From: Sphagnum compactum
Taxonomy: Eukaryota
Assembly: GCA_965153455.1 (NCBI GenBank)
Contig: OZ234493.1
Location: 3,348,001-3,412,000 of the forward strand
Length of the DNA stretch: 64,000 nucleotides
Direction of reading: 5' to 3'
Shown: positions 1 to 12,779 of the stretch, piece by piece
How positions within the stretch are numbered: position 1 is the stretch's first letter
Layout of the letters: every line of letters begins with the position of its first letter
Notes under the pieces: generated by a model
The model's input: the letters and a program-made list of their open reading frames with translations, nothing else
Told to the model about the DNA's origin: nothing
Database searches by the model: none
Translations under genes and position numbers: made by a program

Positions 1-112
1 ATGTCCTTTATGATTAATGAATGAAATGTGCTACATCATTGACACATCGTGTCTTAAATGACTATTGTTTTCAACAATTCATTCGTAATGACTTTATGGC
101 TATTAGTCATTT

Positions 113-520
113 TTGTCCTTTATGACTAAAATACTAGTCATAAACTCAATATATACTTCAAGATTTTTTCTAATGTATTCCTTCAAATTAAAAGGTAATA
201 CCATTCAAATGCAAGTTGTTGTGAACCATCGAAAGAGGCTTTGGGATGTGTATCTTGGGATTCTAGGTTTTGTTGATGATGCTCGAGTTTTGAAGATGTC
301 TTCCTTATACCACAAAGCCATTAAACATAATTTGCTTGTTATTGAACTTAAACAAGAAGGTATCAAACCTTACATTCTAGGGGACAAGCTGGGCAATCCT
401 TTATTACCATGGCTGATGGTGCCACATAAATAAATAAGGGTACGTTAAACAATGCTTGAAATTTTGTACAATTGACATTTATCTTATGGCAGAAGTGTGG
501 TTGAATTTTTTTTTGAAATC
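113..520 (+). pseudogene. PIF/Harbinger-type (DDE_Tnp_4-like) transposase fragment
   Basis: ORF 113-433 reads QVVVNHRKRLWDVYLGILGFVDDARVLKMSSLY...YILGDK..PLLPWLMVP, matching the Harbinger transposase G-x-x-x-D and LGD-x-x-x-PL-x-x-W-L motifs. It is truncated and interrupted by stops. Confidence 0.8.
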
Positions 521-2170
521 CTTCAAAATGTTGTTCAAGGGGTTGAAGTCATGTTTAAGGAGCCAAAGGCACCAAGGTAAAAAGTCCCTTTTTAGTGGCT
601 ACACATGACATGTGTCATTTTTACGTTGGTTATAATTTAAAATTTTACATTTCAAATACCCCATTTAACATTACATTTTAGATATAAAAACATTTTGACT
701 ACAAATTTATTTTATATCATATATATTATGCATTTATGCCCTTTAACACATATATATCACAAATTTTGTTAAAGCCACATTTTCAAAATTCATAATTTTT
801 AAGGTCAAAAACACTTTTGAACCAAATGTATTCAAATGGGTTTTTAAAATTAATTTTCATTAATTCAAGTGCTTTTGCCCTTCTAATCATCAATGTTAAA
901 ATCCTTTCCCATTTTCAAAAAGAATAGTGAACATTTGGTAAAAAAAAAGACATTTGAAAAAAACAAAGATTGTCCATTCTCAAGGTTTGAGTGCTTTGAA
1001 CATGCAAAAACATTTTTGATTTGTGTCAAGTTTTGAACATGTAAACTTTGCAATTAATAAAAAATATTCCAAAAAAAGTTATGATAATTCAGACTATAAT
1101 GTTTCCTTTCTAATATTTCAAACATATAAAACTGTAGTTTTAAGAAGTGTCCATTCACTTGGGTGGCTCCTCTGATTGTGATTTTACCTAGGGAGCTCTT
1201 ACAAAAGATTAACTTAAATATCTTTTTTTTGTTGGATGCTATTGTTTACTACTATATGTTACATAATTCGATCCTCAATGGCATAAATGACGTTGTTGAA
1301 TCCTTGATGACTTAATTGGAAGTTGAGAATCATGAACAACTAGCTCAAGTTGGAAAGAGGGATGAAAAAAGAAATGTAAAGGTAGGTGTTGACATTGATG
1401 ATGAACATGTTCCTTTACATGTTGATGAAGTTTCTGGAAACACATAATAAACAATTTTAAAGCAGTATCTTGGAACTCGTAAGCCACAAATTTGAAGATG
1501 AATTTGGCCTAATGTTTTGAAGATTTCATGAATATGAAAACCACGAATTTGAAACTAAAAAAATTGGAACTGAAAAATGATCTACTCTACATGTTTTCCT
1601 TGATGATTCAACTGGCTTCATCATCACTAACAAGAATGTTGGTTGGTGGATTTTCATCTTGTGATGAATAAGAAAAAATGTTTATTGGTGCTGGCATTTC
1701 AATTTTAACTTGAATGAAACCGTGACACATTACGATGCTCAAATTGGCTAGAACATTCACCATGTTTTTACTTGTGTGATGAATTTTTTTTATCTCTGGA
1801 TTTCAATTATTGCAAATGTTATTTGGTTTTATGCTCCTAAGTTTTGCTGCAATGTTTTTCAATCTTGAGCTATGTCACATTTATGCGTTCCATCGCATTA
1901 AAAAGCATTTTTTTGTTCTTGTCTGAAACTTCTAGGATTGAGGAAAACACATTTGACCTCTTGTGCTTGACATTTATGTTCCCAAACGTCAATAATGTTG
2001 TCAATTTGTTTGTAGTTGTTACTGTAGATGGAAAATCTAAGATCACTATCTTTGGATGACCTTGGGAGGATTTGGAATAATCATCAAGATCGACAACATG
2101 TACCTTGCCTTGTCTCATTCTAGTTATTGGCGTTACTTGTTGTCCTTGACTTGCATTCTCCATAGGAACA

Positions 2171-5100
2171 CACTAGAAGAAAACTGGGTTTTTGTAGTTA
2201 ATCAATTTGTGATTACTTGCAACTATTTGTCATTTGCAACTATCATTGGTTATTTCTTTAACTACTTTTTGCATTTGGTTGTGCTTACAACTACATTACA
2301 ACTACCTTGTGACTAATGTTTTTTTTTCATTCTTCCATTTGAATAATTTTTAACATGGTTTTCATCCAAGAGACCCATTCATGTTCCATTAGTCGCAAAT
2401 CTGGTCAAATGAGTTGTAAACTTATGTGTATTCAAAATGTATTTTAAGTATTCCAAGGTGTATGGACTTATAGTGGTGTATAATATGTAATCTACTCAAT
2501 AATATATTGGTGGATATTAAACATGTGTATATGAGGGGTGATGTATAATATTTGTATTTTATAAAGAAATTGTTATTATGTTTTAATCAAAAAAGCAATT
2601 TCCCTCGGGGAAAAGGGGACTATGTTCCCCTAGGGAGCAATTTCCCTTGAGGAAAAAGGTATTAACTTCCCCTAGGGAGAAAAGGATTTTGTTCCCTTGG
2701 GGAACAAGTTTTAAATTGTTTGAGTCAAAATTATAAGGCTTAAAATTTGTCCAAATCAATTTTTTTCATGCCATTGGAAAGCTCTCAAAGATTAGATATC
2801 TAAAATGATTTTTGATTCTTAATTTGAAAGTATGAGCTAAAAGTTATGATGAAAAGAAGAGCTAAGGGTCAAATTTTTTCCTTCTTCCCAAGGGAATTTC
2901 TTCCCGAAAAGAAATTTGACCCTTAACTCTTTTTTTCCATCATAACTTTAAGCTTGTACCTTCAAATTGAAAACTCAAGATTATTTTAAATATCTATGCT
3001 TTGAGAGCTTTCCAATCATATAAAGATTATTTGATTTGGACAAATTTTATCTTTTGTAATTTTGACTCAAACATTTGGGAACTTGTTCCAAGAGGGAACA
3101 TAGTCCCCTTCTCCCTAAGGAAAAAAAAACATAATCCCTTTCTCCCCGGGGGAGAAGGCAACATTAATATTAATATTATTACATAATATTATTCATTTCT
3201 CATTTTAAATATTAATTAATCAAAGTACTGACATATATATTATTAGTTTCAATATTTATTATTGAAATTTATTATTTATTAATTAGATAATATAACATTA
3301 TAATTAGCATTTTAAATAAATTGAATTCTCATTTTTATATATTTAATATTATTTTAATTAGTTGGTTAATTATATAGTTATGTACTTAAAAATTATTGGT
3401 GAATTATTATTATTAATTTCTTTGTTAATTATTTAATTAGGTAGTTTATTTGCTAGTTAATTAATGAATAACTAGTTTTTTCATTTAACTAGTTAATTAG
3501 TTAGTCATTTACCTATTGAATTATATAATTTACAAAAATAAAAATAAAGATAAAAGATATAAAATGAACCTTCTAGTTGTAAATAGTTTGCAACTAAACT
3601 TTCTAGTTGCAAAACAATTTACAAGTAAATTCCAAGTTCAAAATTTATCCCATAAGGTTTGTCTTATTTCATGAATAAAATAATAATACACTAAAAGAAT
3701 ATTGGAAAAAAACAACTACCATTTACAACTATTTTGTAGTTGCAAAAAACATTTCTTACTAAAAATTGCCTAGTTGCATTAGTTGCAAGTGTGGATGAAG
3801 TCAATGGTCAACAAGTACTTAACCATCCGTATACTATTATATGCCATCCATGTATTACCATAAAAATCAGCAACTTACATAATGACATGTGGCAATTGAA
3901 AAAGGTTTTTAATAATTGTTTTAAAAGTAGATAATGGATCCGCATTGTCTAATTCAAATGGTTTTAAATATTGACACATGGCATAATATTATATGCCATG
4001 TGTCAACTTTGGATTTTGGTCAAAATGAATTAAAAATCAATATTTAAGTAGGTAGGTCACAATAGGTGGGTAGGTATGCAAGTAGGTTAGGGAGGTAGGA
4101 AAATATTTAATGTTTTCACTTTGGGGTTAAACTTTTTAAAGGGTTAAGATCCTTTGGCTCATCCCAATACATGTGTTTTTGTATGCGCAAAAGTAGGATA
4201 AAGCCTCATCGTTAAATAGTTTTCAAGATGGAAGTGGAGGACAAAACATATGGTATAAAAATTGAAGTTGCAACTTAGTTACAAACTAAATTGCAACTAA
4301 AAAGATTATCTCATATCTTTTGTCCTCCTTTAAAATTTTGTAGATTATACAAAAAAGTAGATAAATAACTAACTAACTATTTTGTAATAAATTATTAATT
4401 CATAATTCATAAATAGAAAATAAATGACTGAAATAATAACTAATTAACCACATTATCACATATAAATTTTCAGTAATAGCTTTTGAATTTAAATAATAAA
4501 TAACAAAAATATTAGCCAATAAATAGTTAATATCTAAGTAATAGCTAACTAATTTAATAATTATAAATTTAATAAATTAGTTTGAGTTATTAATTAACTA
4601 TGATTTAATAATAATAATAATAAAAAAATTAATAACTATTAACTAACCAATAATTAACTAACTAATTAGCTATAAATAATTGATCAATAGTTCATATAAA
4701 AACATATAAACGACTTATATATTGAATAATTATGAAATATTAATTATAAATATTAAGTATGAGCTATTTGTTATCAATTAATTAAAATAAATGTAATTGA
4801 TTAATCATTGATTAATTAATAAGCGGGTAGTAATTTACATTAGGTAGGTATGTAACCTATGCTAGATAGTTAGGTAAACATATAAGTAGATAGGTTGGTA
4901 GGCTAAGCTAAGTAGGTAAGCAAGCATATATAGGTAGGTAGGTAGTTATTTTGCTTAAATATAAACTAAATACAACTTTATAAATACACCCATTATACCC
5001 CCAATATAACTTAACAAAAATACACATACCTTTCAAAAGTTTTTAGCTTTTGCACCTTTGACGATTCTTGTATCTATGCTGCAATTACATTTGCAAATTA

Positions 5101-5478
5101 GCGAATTTTTCATCTTGCATTTAAAGAGTGTTTTCATCTATGATCATGTACATATGTCCCATTAGTTGCAAATGGACCAAACCTAGTTGCACCTCTAAAA
5201 TGTCAAGATATCCCCTAGTAATATAGATAGGTGTAACCAATTTGCCCAAAAGAGAAAACTTAAGAGATTTAGAATATTCTATCAAGTTGCTTAAGGAAAA
5301 AAAGGGGCTTGGAAATCTCAACTAGGTTGTCCCAAGGAACAACTTCCATGAAAAAAAATTAGGGATTTTTTTTTTAATTTTTAAAGGGGACAAAGTGGTA
5401 GCCCCATTGAAGTTCCATTGTCTATGTCTAAAAACTAGTCACAAAAACTAGTTTGAAAAACCTTGATTTCTTCTAGTG
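2171..5478. mobile_element. Non-autonomous CACTA (En/Spm) DNA transposon, 3.3 kb
   Basis: Begins CACTAGAAGAAA (2171) and ends TTTCTTCTAGTG (5478). 3-bp TSD ACA at 2168-2170 and 5479-5481. Interior is AT-rich with no transposase ORF. Confidence 0.88.
2600..3160. repeat. Long imperfect foldback (palindrome) inside the CACTA element
   Basis: ttgagtcaaaattataaggcttaaaatttgtccaaatcaa (2720) pairs with ttgatttggacaaattttatcttttgtaattttgactcaa (3031). Pairing continues inward to about 2880-2910 and outward through CCCnnGGG-rich blocks. Confidence 0.85.
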
Positions 5479-5481
5479 ACA

Positions 5482-6060
5482 TAGTTGTTTCCTAGTAGAT
5501 CTTGTAACATAGAAGTTCAAGCTATAGGAGAGTTTGGTGTATGCTCTTCTAGTGGTGCAATGTAAACACCATCTCCTTTAGCATGAATATTTCGCGCATG
5601 TAAAGGTTTGTTCATTGCCCACTCTTCTTGGAATGATTCAATCGTGTTGTAAAATTCCAAGTTGAATTGCCTTGGAAGGTGGTGTTTATCACATTCTTCC
5701 ATTCCAAGTCCAAGAATGAATGTGATGGCCAATCCTTATGTGATAGTTTGAAATTTTCTTGAAATCAAAATTCAACCTGTTCCATTTGTTTTTGCACATT
5801 TTTCAAATGTGCACAATTCTTGATTTGGTGAGGTTTTGTAGTTTTTTGATGATATTGTCCCATGTTTACGTTGCTGAAAGCATTTGTGAACGCGGGTCAA
5901 CCAAAAGTTTGAAATTAACATGTTCTTGTTTTTTGCATTTGATGAACACAATTACTTTAGCATGATCCCAATTGCCTTGCCTTTGGTGCGATGGTCTGAT
6001 TGTTCCAATGACGTTAGTTGATGATGCTATGATTTTATGTGGCTCCTTCAATCGATGCTA
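5482..6060 (-). pseudogene. Myb/SANT (trihelix)-like protein, probable accessory ORF of a Harbinger element; C-terminal part probably continues at ~1700-2170 beyond the CACTA insertion
   Basis: Minus-strand translation WDHAKVIVFIKCKKQEH...TWDNIIKKL...MCKNKWNRLNFDFKKISNYH...LPRQFN shows the W...W...CxxKW trihelix pattern, with stops and a frameshift. ORF 1870-2163 (-) abuts the other side of the CACTA element. Confidence 0.6.
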
Positions 6061-6975
6061 TGACTACTTCTATTGGCCTTGCACGAATTGCTGTTACATG
6101 GCTCCCTTCCCCCTCCCTCTCTCTCTCCTTGCAAATTTTTCTTGCTGTTGTGGGAAAGAATTGTTCCTCTTTATGGTTTCCATTTCTTGAAGACTTGAAG
6201 GCCTGCTCAACAATAATGTGCAGACAACAAATGCGAAAAACTTGACATAGAGAAATTTTGCTCAAGACTATAGACGAAAAAGTTACACAAGAAATGTTCA
6301 AGCCCTTTTGTGACAAAGGTTGCCCGCAATGGTCAGCTCATTGATTAAGAATTTGAAACCTTTTAGATAGGATTGATAAACTACCAACGCTAGTAGGTGC
6401 CCAAAATGTACACATTTGCAAGATTTTACTTGTGTAATGTTAGCTTATCATTTCACATTGTCTACTGTTGGTAACTTATTAACATCCTGCCACATCAGCA
6501 CGACATGTCAGCGACTTATTAAAAAAATTCCACATGTGAACAAATGATACTTTATCATTGTCTTTAGGCCCAAATGTGACCTGACCTTGAATAGACAAAT
6601 AGAAGTCCTTTGAATATATGAAAACCTTCAGATGTTTTGGTAGTGTAAATGGAGGTATTAATTGTGAACATGCCTTTCGAAAAGTGAAACACCCACCTCA
6701 GCGGGCATTTCACTTTTCAAAATGCATGCATTACCTTCTTAAATAGTAAATAACTGTGATACATGGGCACTGATTGGGCGTCAATGCAAAAAAACTCTAA
6801 AGAAAGGTAAAAATCCAGTTGATTTTTCTACGCTGTGCAATGCCCTTGAGCATAGGTGTTCCCAACATTCCCAACATAACAATGCCTGAGGGCCCTAGGA
6901 CTGGGGATTTTTTGAAATAACGGTCCTCAAGGCCAAAGGCCTCCATTATTTCAAGAACGGCCCAGCCAGAGGCAG

Positions 6976-7240
6976 GGTTTTTTTTTTTTTTTTCAATTTT
7001 GTGATGTAGCTGAAGTGGCTATCATCCATAAGAGGCTTTAGCCAGATTTGGTTTCATATTAGATATGAAAGTAGAGAAAACCCAGAATCCTTAATTATTT
7101 TGGCTACCTACTGGAACCTATCATAAAATCAGAGATTTGGAAAAAATTTCCTTCAAAATCTGGTTAGCGTAATTTGGGTCATTATTTCATTAAAATTCCT
7201 TTGAATAGGTCGAAATTTGGCGACATTTCCCCAAAAAAAA
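6976..7240 (-). repeat. Dispersed poly(A)-tailed repeat (SINE-like); related copy at ~44600-44758 (+)
   Basis: Poly-T followed by caattttgtgatgtagctgaagtggctatcatcc...tttagccagatttgg. A reverse-complement-like sequence (ccaaatgtggctaaatcttctggtggatgatcaccaatttgaatacatcacgaaattcaaataaaaaa) lies at ~44690-44758. Confidence 0.55.
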
Positions 7241-8118
7241 CTCTGGCCAGATGGCGTTACCGTACAACACTTAGCCATTGTCGGCAGCAGGGGAAACAAT
7301 TGTGCACTTCAAATTGCAACACCTATCAATTCAAAAAGAAATGAAACTGGCATTTAATTTTTACACCTGCTCAACATTCCTCAGAATGTGGCACCAAACG
7401 AGAACTACAATCGTTCCGTAAGTCTCTGGGAGAGCCAATAAAATACCTATGTGCCAGTAAGTAGTGCTGCTGCAGCGCCGTAGGAGTACCCTACTGTTAC
7501 GCTGCACCTACTGACGAATACCAGTACCCTCCATTTCAAACCTGCGGACGGTCTAGATCCATCCCTCCTTGTTTCTAGCACACTTGTGTCAGGAATGCAC
7601 ACGTGCTGCCAACTAATTCCCCCCCCCTCCGCCCTCCCCCAATGGATGATAACATCTCACTCGACATACAACGTATGGATGTTGTGGATGATAAAATGTC
7701 AACTGGCAAACGATATATGGATGATGTGGATGAAAATTTCATTACGATGACTGTGCGTCGTTGCCTAACTACATTATGTGCGCGCGCCAGAGAGCGCTGT
7801 TGGCAACAACTGCGGAGAGTGCGTTCTTCTTTGTTGGAGCTTTCTCTCTGTTCTGCCCTGCTGCTGCACACATACTTCAGCATCGTCGGCGTGTCTTTTG
7901 TGGCGCGCGTTCGTGGTTTTTCTTTCTCTGTTTTCACTGGAGGTTCGCGCGCTTCGTGTTGCCAAAGGTGTGTTTTCTTTCTGTTTTCGAAAGGAGTACT
8001 GCGTTTTGGGGGGCGGCGGGAGTGAAGAAGGCGCGGAAGGAACAGAGGAAGGCAGGCTTTCGATTCGTTTCTTGACAAGACCTAGTGCACGCGTTTTGCG
8101 ACTGGAGGCGGGGAGGAG

Positions 8119-8337
8119 ATGGCGGGAACCATGCTGCGGTTTGCGGTGTTGGCGGTTTTGTTGGTTTGTTTGATGGGAGCGCTGTTGCCTGCGGTGCACG
8201 CGCAAGGACCTGCAGCACCTCCGAGCACCAACGGATCGACTATTGACCAGGGCATTGCATATGTCATGTTATTCATGGCGCTCGTGTTGACATACATTAT
8301 CCATCCTCTTGATGCTATCCCTTATAATATTTTCTAG
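8119..8337 (+). CDS. Arabinogalactan peptide, AGP16/AGP20/AGP22 family (signal peptide, short Pro/Ala region, C-terminal hydrophobic segment)
   Basis: 72 aa: MAGTMLRFAVLAVLLVCLMGALLPAVHA|QGPAAPPSTNGSTIDQGIAYVMLFMALVLTYIIHPLDA.... Contains the diagnostic G-x-x-IDQGIAY...ALVLTYxIHPLDA motif. Intact single-exon ORF. Confidence 0.93.
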   Translation: MAGTMLRFAVLAVLLVCLMGALLPAVHAQGPAAPPSTNGSTIDQGIAYVMLFMALVLTYIIHPLDAIPYNIF

Positions 8338-11300
8338 GACGAAAGCACACTTTGAAGAGGCGCGGTTGGGCATTTCGTCCAGTATAGGGTGATACTAGCT
8401 TGCTTGTTGCTTCTTAAAAGCAGCCGCCTATTGTTGGATGCTGGTTGTTCGTGGATGTGCTTTTAATCTCTGTCTATTTTCTTCTTTGAAGGAGAAGGGA
8501 GCCTGCATGGCGGAGTGTTGTAGAATAACATTTCAAGCAATTCTTGGATTCCATTCTTTGGTCCTGTGACTAAACCGCATATAGAACCTTTCTTCTCCAA
8601 GTGTTATGATGTGTTGTGGAATCTGTCAGCTTTTTGCTCATGGCTTCAATTGCCTGTCTTTGCATTGCTTGTCGTTGATTTCTTGGCAAGCGCCACTGTA
8701 TTGCTTCATGGCCTGTCTCTTTATGAAACTGCTTGCTATCATGGTACTTGTCAGTAATGAGATCACTGAGGAACTGCATGAGGAGAGTGTTGTGTAAGGC
8801 AAGCTATGCACTGTCTGCTAGGGTTTGTGTTTTCAAGCCTTTCTTCATGTGCTGAATGCCATTTTTATCCATATGTTTTTATGGATTGGTGATTATTGTT
8901 GGTTATCAACCCATGGCAGCTATTTAGAGAGGGATTGGGGGTGTTATAATACTTTTAACCTCCAATGCAGATAGCTCATACGTGTGGTAAGAGATTCCAG
9001 AAATTAATCATGCCCTCCCTTTGATTCTAACTGCCATTGTGCTCAATTCCTTGCTTCTACTGATTGATCTTATTAATCACTGAAAATAGATATCCAGATG
9101 TTAGTTTTTCATAATCTCAGACTCATTACTTGACATTCTCGGAATTGCGCTGGATATAGCCTTTTCATTCTTGTTCAGTGCTGATTCCATTGGGATCCCA
9201 TGCAATCTTGGCATTTGGTGAACACAATGTTGGATGGGGATTGCGAGATGTGGGGTATCCTAGAAATTTTCAGATTTTTTGGAGCTTGTGAGTCCAAGTT
9301 TAAATGCTCCAAATGCCCCAACATACCAATCATGAAGGAATTTGGAGTTCCAATTATGGCTCTAGGTCCACGATTGGAACTACAGGCCTGGGACCCTGGA
9401 CAGTGAAGCTTGTTTGAAGGGCAACCAAGTTAATGCTTAGCCTGACTTTATACTGCCTCATCCACATGACTAGTGATTGTGATTCTGCTTGCTGTCAGCC
9501 TTCCCCCTGAACTTTTCAGTGTTGAAAACACAAACTGTTGTTGGTAAATGTATGGGTGCATGGCCTAGGTGCCTTAGTCAAATGTTGTGTACATTAGGTT
9601 AAGCACTCTGTTATGTCCATCAAAACTTTTTGTTGGCTCTGTCCATAGGGAAGAGATTGTGTATTCTTGTAGGATTTGGGCATAAATTTTTTGCTCAAAC
9701 TTGACCCAATGTGTTAGTGACAAGTGGAGTACTTTGTGTGCATACAATCTATAGGGTTTTCAGTTTGAACCTGCCATAGAGGGCAGAGTCACTATGTGAT
9801 GAGCTACTTGTTCCACATGCAACTATTTTCAATGTCAAATGTTTTATTGTGGGAGAATCATCAGTTCCTATGTGAGATATGAGAGAAAGATATAGGTTAA
9901 TTATATATATAGCCAAGAATCAGTTGGGGATATGATCAGAATACAGTTCAAATTTCCAAAAATATGCCCCTGTCCCCAGTTTTTGGAAGGCATTATTGCA
10001 CAGGTTCATTTCTCTACCGAAGAATCTATACATAACCTGTCTTCCAATCTGAAGAATCTGTACATAACCTGTCTTCCAATCTGAATTGAGGTTTGATATA
10101 TGTTGGAATGATGTTTGCTAGAGTAAATTTGGTTCAAGTCCAAGTGCTAATTTGAACTTTCATGCAGAAAAAGGAAACTAGTTGCCATTTGGTGGAAACA
10201 GAACCATCTTCTAATGTGTGTTGCAAAGCAATTTAGGTGAGTTGAGAACACAAATAGGTAATAGAGCACAGCTAATGCTCACCAGGTGTGATGTGAGGTA
10301 CGAGCACCTTCAAAAACAAGGGTATTAGTCTAGAGACAACCTACCTAGAGTATGCCAGTTTAGGATAAAGAAACCTCATTGTTGTCCTATAATTTACAAA
10401 CCTTGTGCGAGGTTTTTCATTGTTTTACTTCTTACATAACCATCATTACATGGAAACATGGCAGCTTCAAGGGTGAAAATTCATAAGCCATGCACAGCGA
10501 AGGTGATTCTGCACAAGCTCAAATGTTTGAATGTTGTCACACAAGAAATAACTCATGTGAGAAATATGTAACTGATGATAAACAAGTCAATTGCCATTCG
10601 ATATTTAGTTTGCAAAAACTTAACTGTTGGAATAGAACAGAGTCCTGACTATAATTCAACTAGTTCCACAAATTACCTTCTGTCATTTGCTGGAACCTCT
10701 TCACAGGAAAATAATGGGGTAAACAATAGAGGGCTTGGAATCTTTGTCCTCAAGAAAAATGTTTCCCTAACTTCAGTGGAATTACCCCCCAGGAATTGCA
10801 TCTTTGCGATATCCTTACATCTGAATAGTAAGAATGGAAAGCCGAACAACTAAATTGAAGCAACTGAAGCAATTGTCATGTGTATGTGCAAACTACTATA
10901 CTTGGAAGTGATGGCAGGAGAATTCACAATCTCCATGAAGGGAGTAGTTGGACCTAGTTCTATTGCATTGTATACATAGTAAATGTTGCAGATGAAAGAG
11001 CTGCTTTGGAGCTCAGGTCTCAGAGTATAGTGGGACAACCCTGGATCAAGAAAAGAAACAAAGTTGTCCTGTTGATAGCACTTCCCAACACACCCTTTGT
11101 CTCATACATCAAACTTCACCACTTGATGATTCTTCATACTTGTACCTTCTATCATCCAACACACGTTAGAGAAGTTTATTATGTCTATGGCAGCTCCAGA
11201 GGAGGGGTGGGAGTTCCCCAAAATAACCCCAAGGCTTGAGCTGAGGGTGGTTATTTTGGGGACTCCCCACTCTGAGTTACCTTGCATAAAGCCCAAGTAC

Positions 11301-11454
11301 CCACCAACATCACAAAAACCAGGTACCAATTGATGTCAGACCCTGAAATTTTTTATGAAGTGCCAAAACACCCAACAAAAAAACTAAACTCTCTCCCACC
11401 TCCTGGGAGAGAGATTCCACTTTATAAAACCTGCTCCTGCTGGTGTTAGAAAAC

Positions 11455-12127
11455 GGCAAGCACTAAACATGCGCAATGAATTAAATGCGGTGCGATCTTT
11501 GACGCGCTCTGACCACCGGTTTTCAGGATTCCGATGGCCCAACCTGGAGCCCCTATCCCCAGTTAACCACCCTGACCTGGTTAACTAAACCCACTCATTC
11601 ACCCGGCTTGGCGACCCCGGAGCCCCTATCCCCAGGCCAGAAGCCATAATCCCATTCTTTTTTTTCAGACCTACCCCGCACCTCGCGCCGGGAACTCCCA
11701 CCTCCTCGCGAGTGCCACATCCAACCCGCGGAAACAAGCCGCTCCCTGGGCCCCATCCCCCTCCCTTCATGGGAAAGGCAACCCCTATACTACCCAGGGA
11801 ACCCCATGCTCCTCTCCCCGTGGTGCTACATCCAATCCTCTTGACATCGTCGTCCTGCTCATAGTGTCTCCCCAATGGAGACTACCCTTCCTAGGGAAAC
11901 CACCTTGTCCCCACTAGCTCCCTAAGGGAGATTCCCATTCTTGGGAACCAACTTTCGTCGCACCGGGAAGCTCCTTTTGCTCCCCAGGGGAGACCAACCT
12001 TCCCAGGAAACCCCACCTTCTCCCCGCCGGGAGGTTCCTTTCGCTCCTCGGGGAACGTGCCTTCTCCCCATTGGGAAGTTAACTCAACTCCCCGAGGGAG
12101 ACACTCCCCACTCAAATGCCTAAGAGC
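11455..12127 (+). repeat. Left terminal inverted repeat of the MULE
   Basis: Aligns in reverse complement with 28817-29439 (e.g. acctggttaactaaaccca / tgggtttagttaaccaggt). Roughly 80% identical by eye. Confidence 0.9.
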
Positions 12128-12779
12128 CCGCCCAAATTTCTTGCCACCTCCCTCGGGGCAAAGCATTAACATATTTCAAGGCAAGAATTATTTTAGTATG
12201 CATTGTTTCTATGGATGAAGTGGAAGTATTCAAACCATCCAAATTAGTCAAAATCTTTTTCATCCCAAATGTCTGCATCTTGTTCAATATCTACCATGGA
12301 TGTATTATCTACAAACCTCCTTCAAGACGAATCCATCCATAGGTTTCGTAAGAAATGAAATTGTACTAGCGGCACAATATTGTCATTATTATGAGTGTTT
12401 CGAATTTCAACGACACGATCAAATTGCCTTTCCATGATCGCGTCTAATCATGAACATTTAATCGATCACAATGTGATCACATTGCAATTTTCGCACAGAA
12501 CAAATCTTACAAATTTCTTTTCTTCGTATCTACATTTTTGCAATTCGTGCATAAGTCCCACTGGCATGTCTCCTCGAAACGTCCATTGGTTCAATTGATG
12601 CGCTGATAGGCTATTTTTCTTGTTTGTACTTTGAACTACAGCAACCTCTGGATGGTAGTTTCAACTATCGTGATCTTCAATGGGTTAACAAAAAGACAAG
12701 TGGTCATGGTTTCTGCAAGGTTTATGCATTTGTAATCATTATGTAGTTCAGAGTACCCGATTTTTTAATGGCAAATGTG

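Noticed and set aside
559-6570. GGAGCCAAAGG / CTTTAGGCCC as Harbinger TIRs
   Set aside because: The match is poor and there is no consistent 3-bp TSD, so the element ends were not called.
7575-8218. Several overlapping 100-167-aa ORFs upstream of and antisense to the AG peptide
   Set aside because: No recognisable domains. They are consistent with shadow ORFs in a GC-richer promoter/5' UTR.
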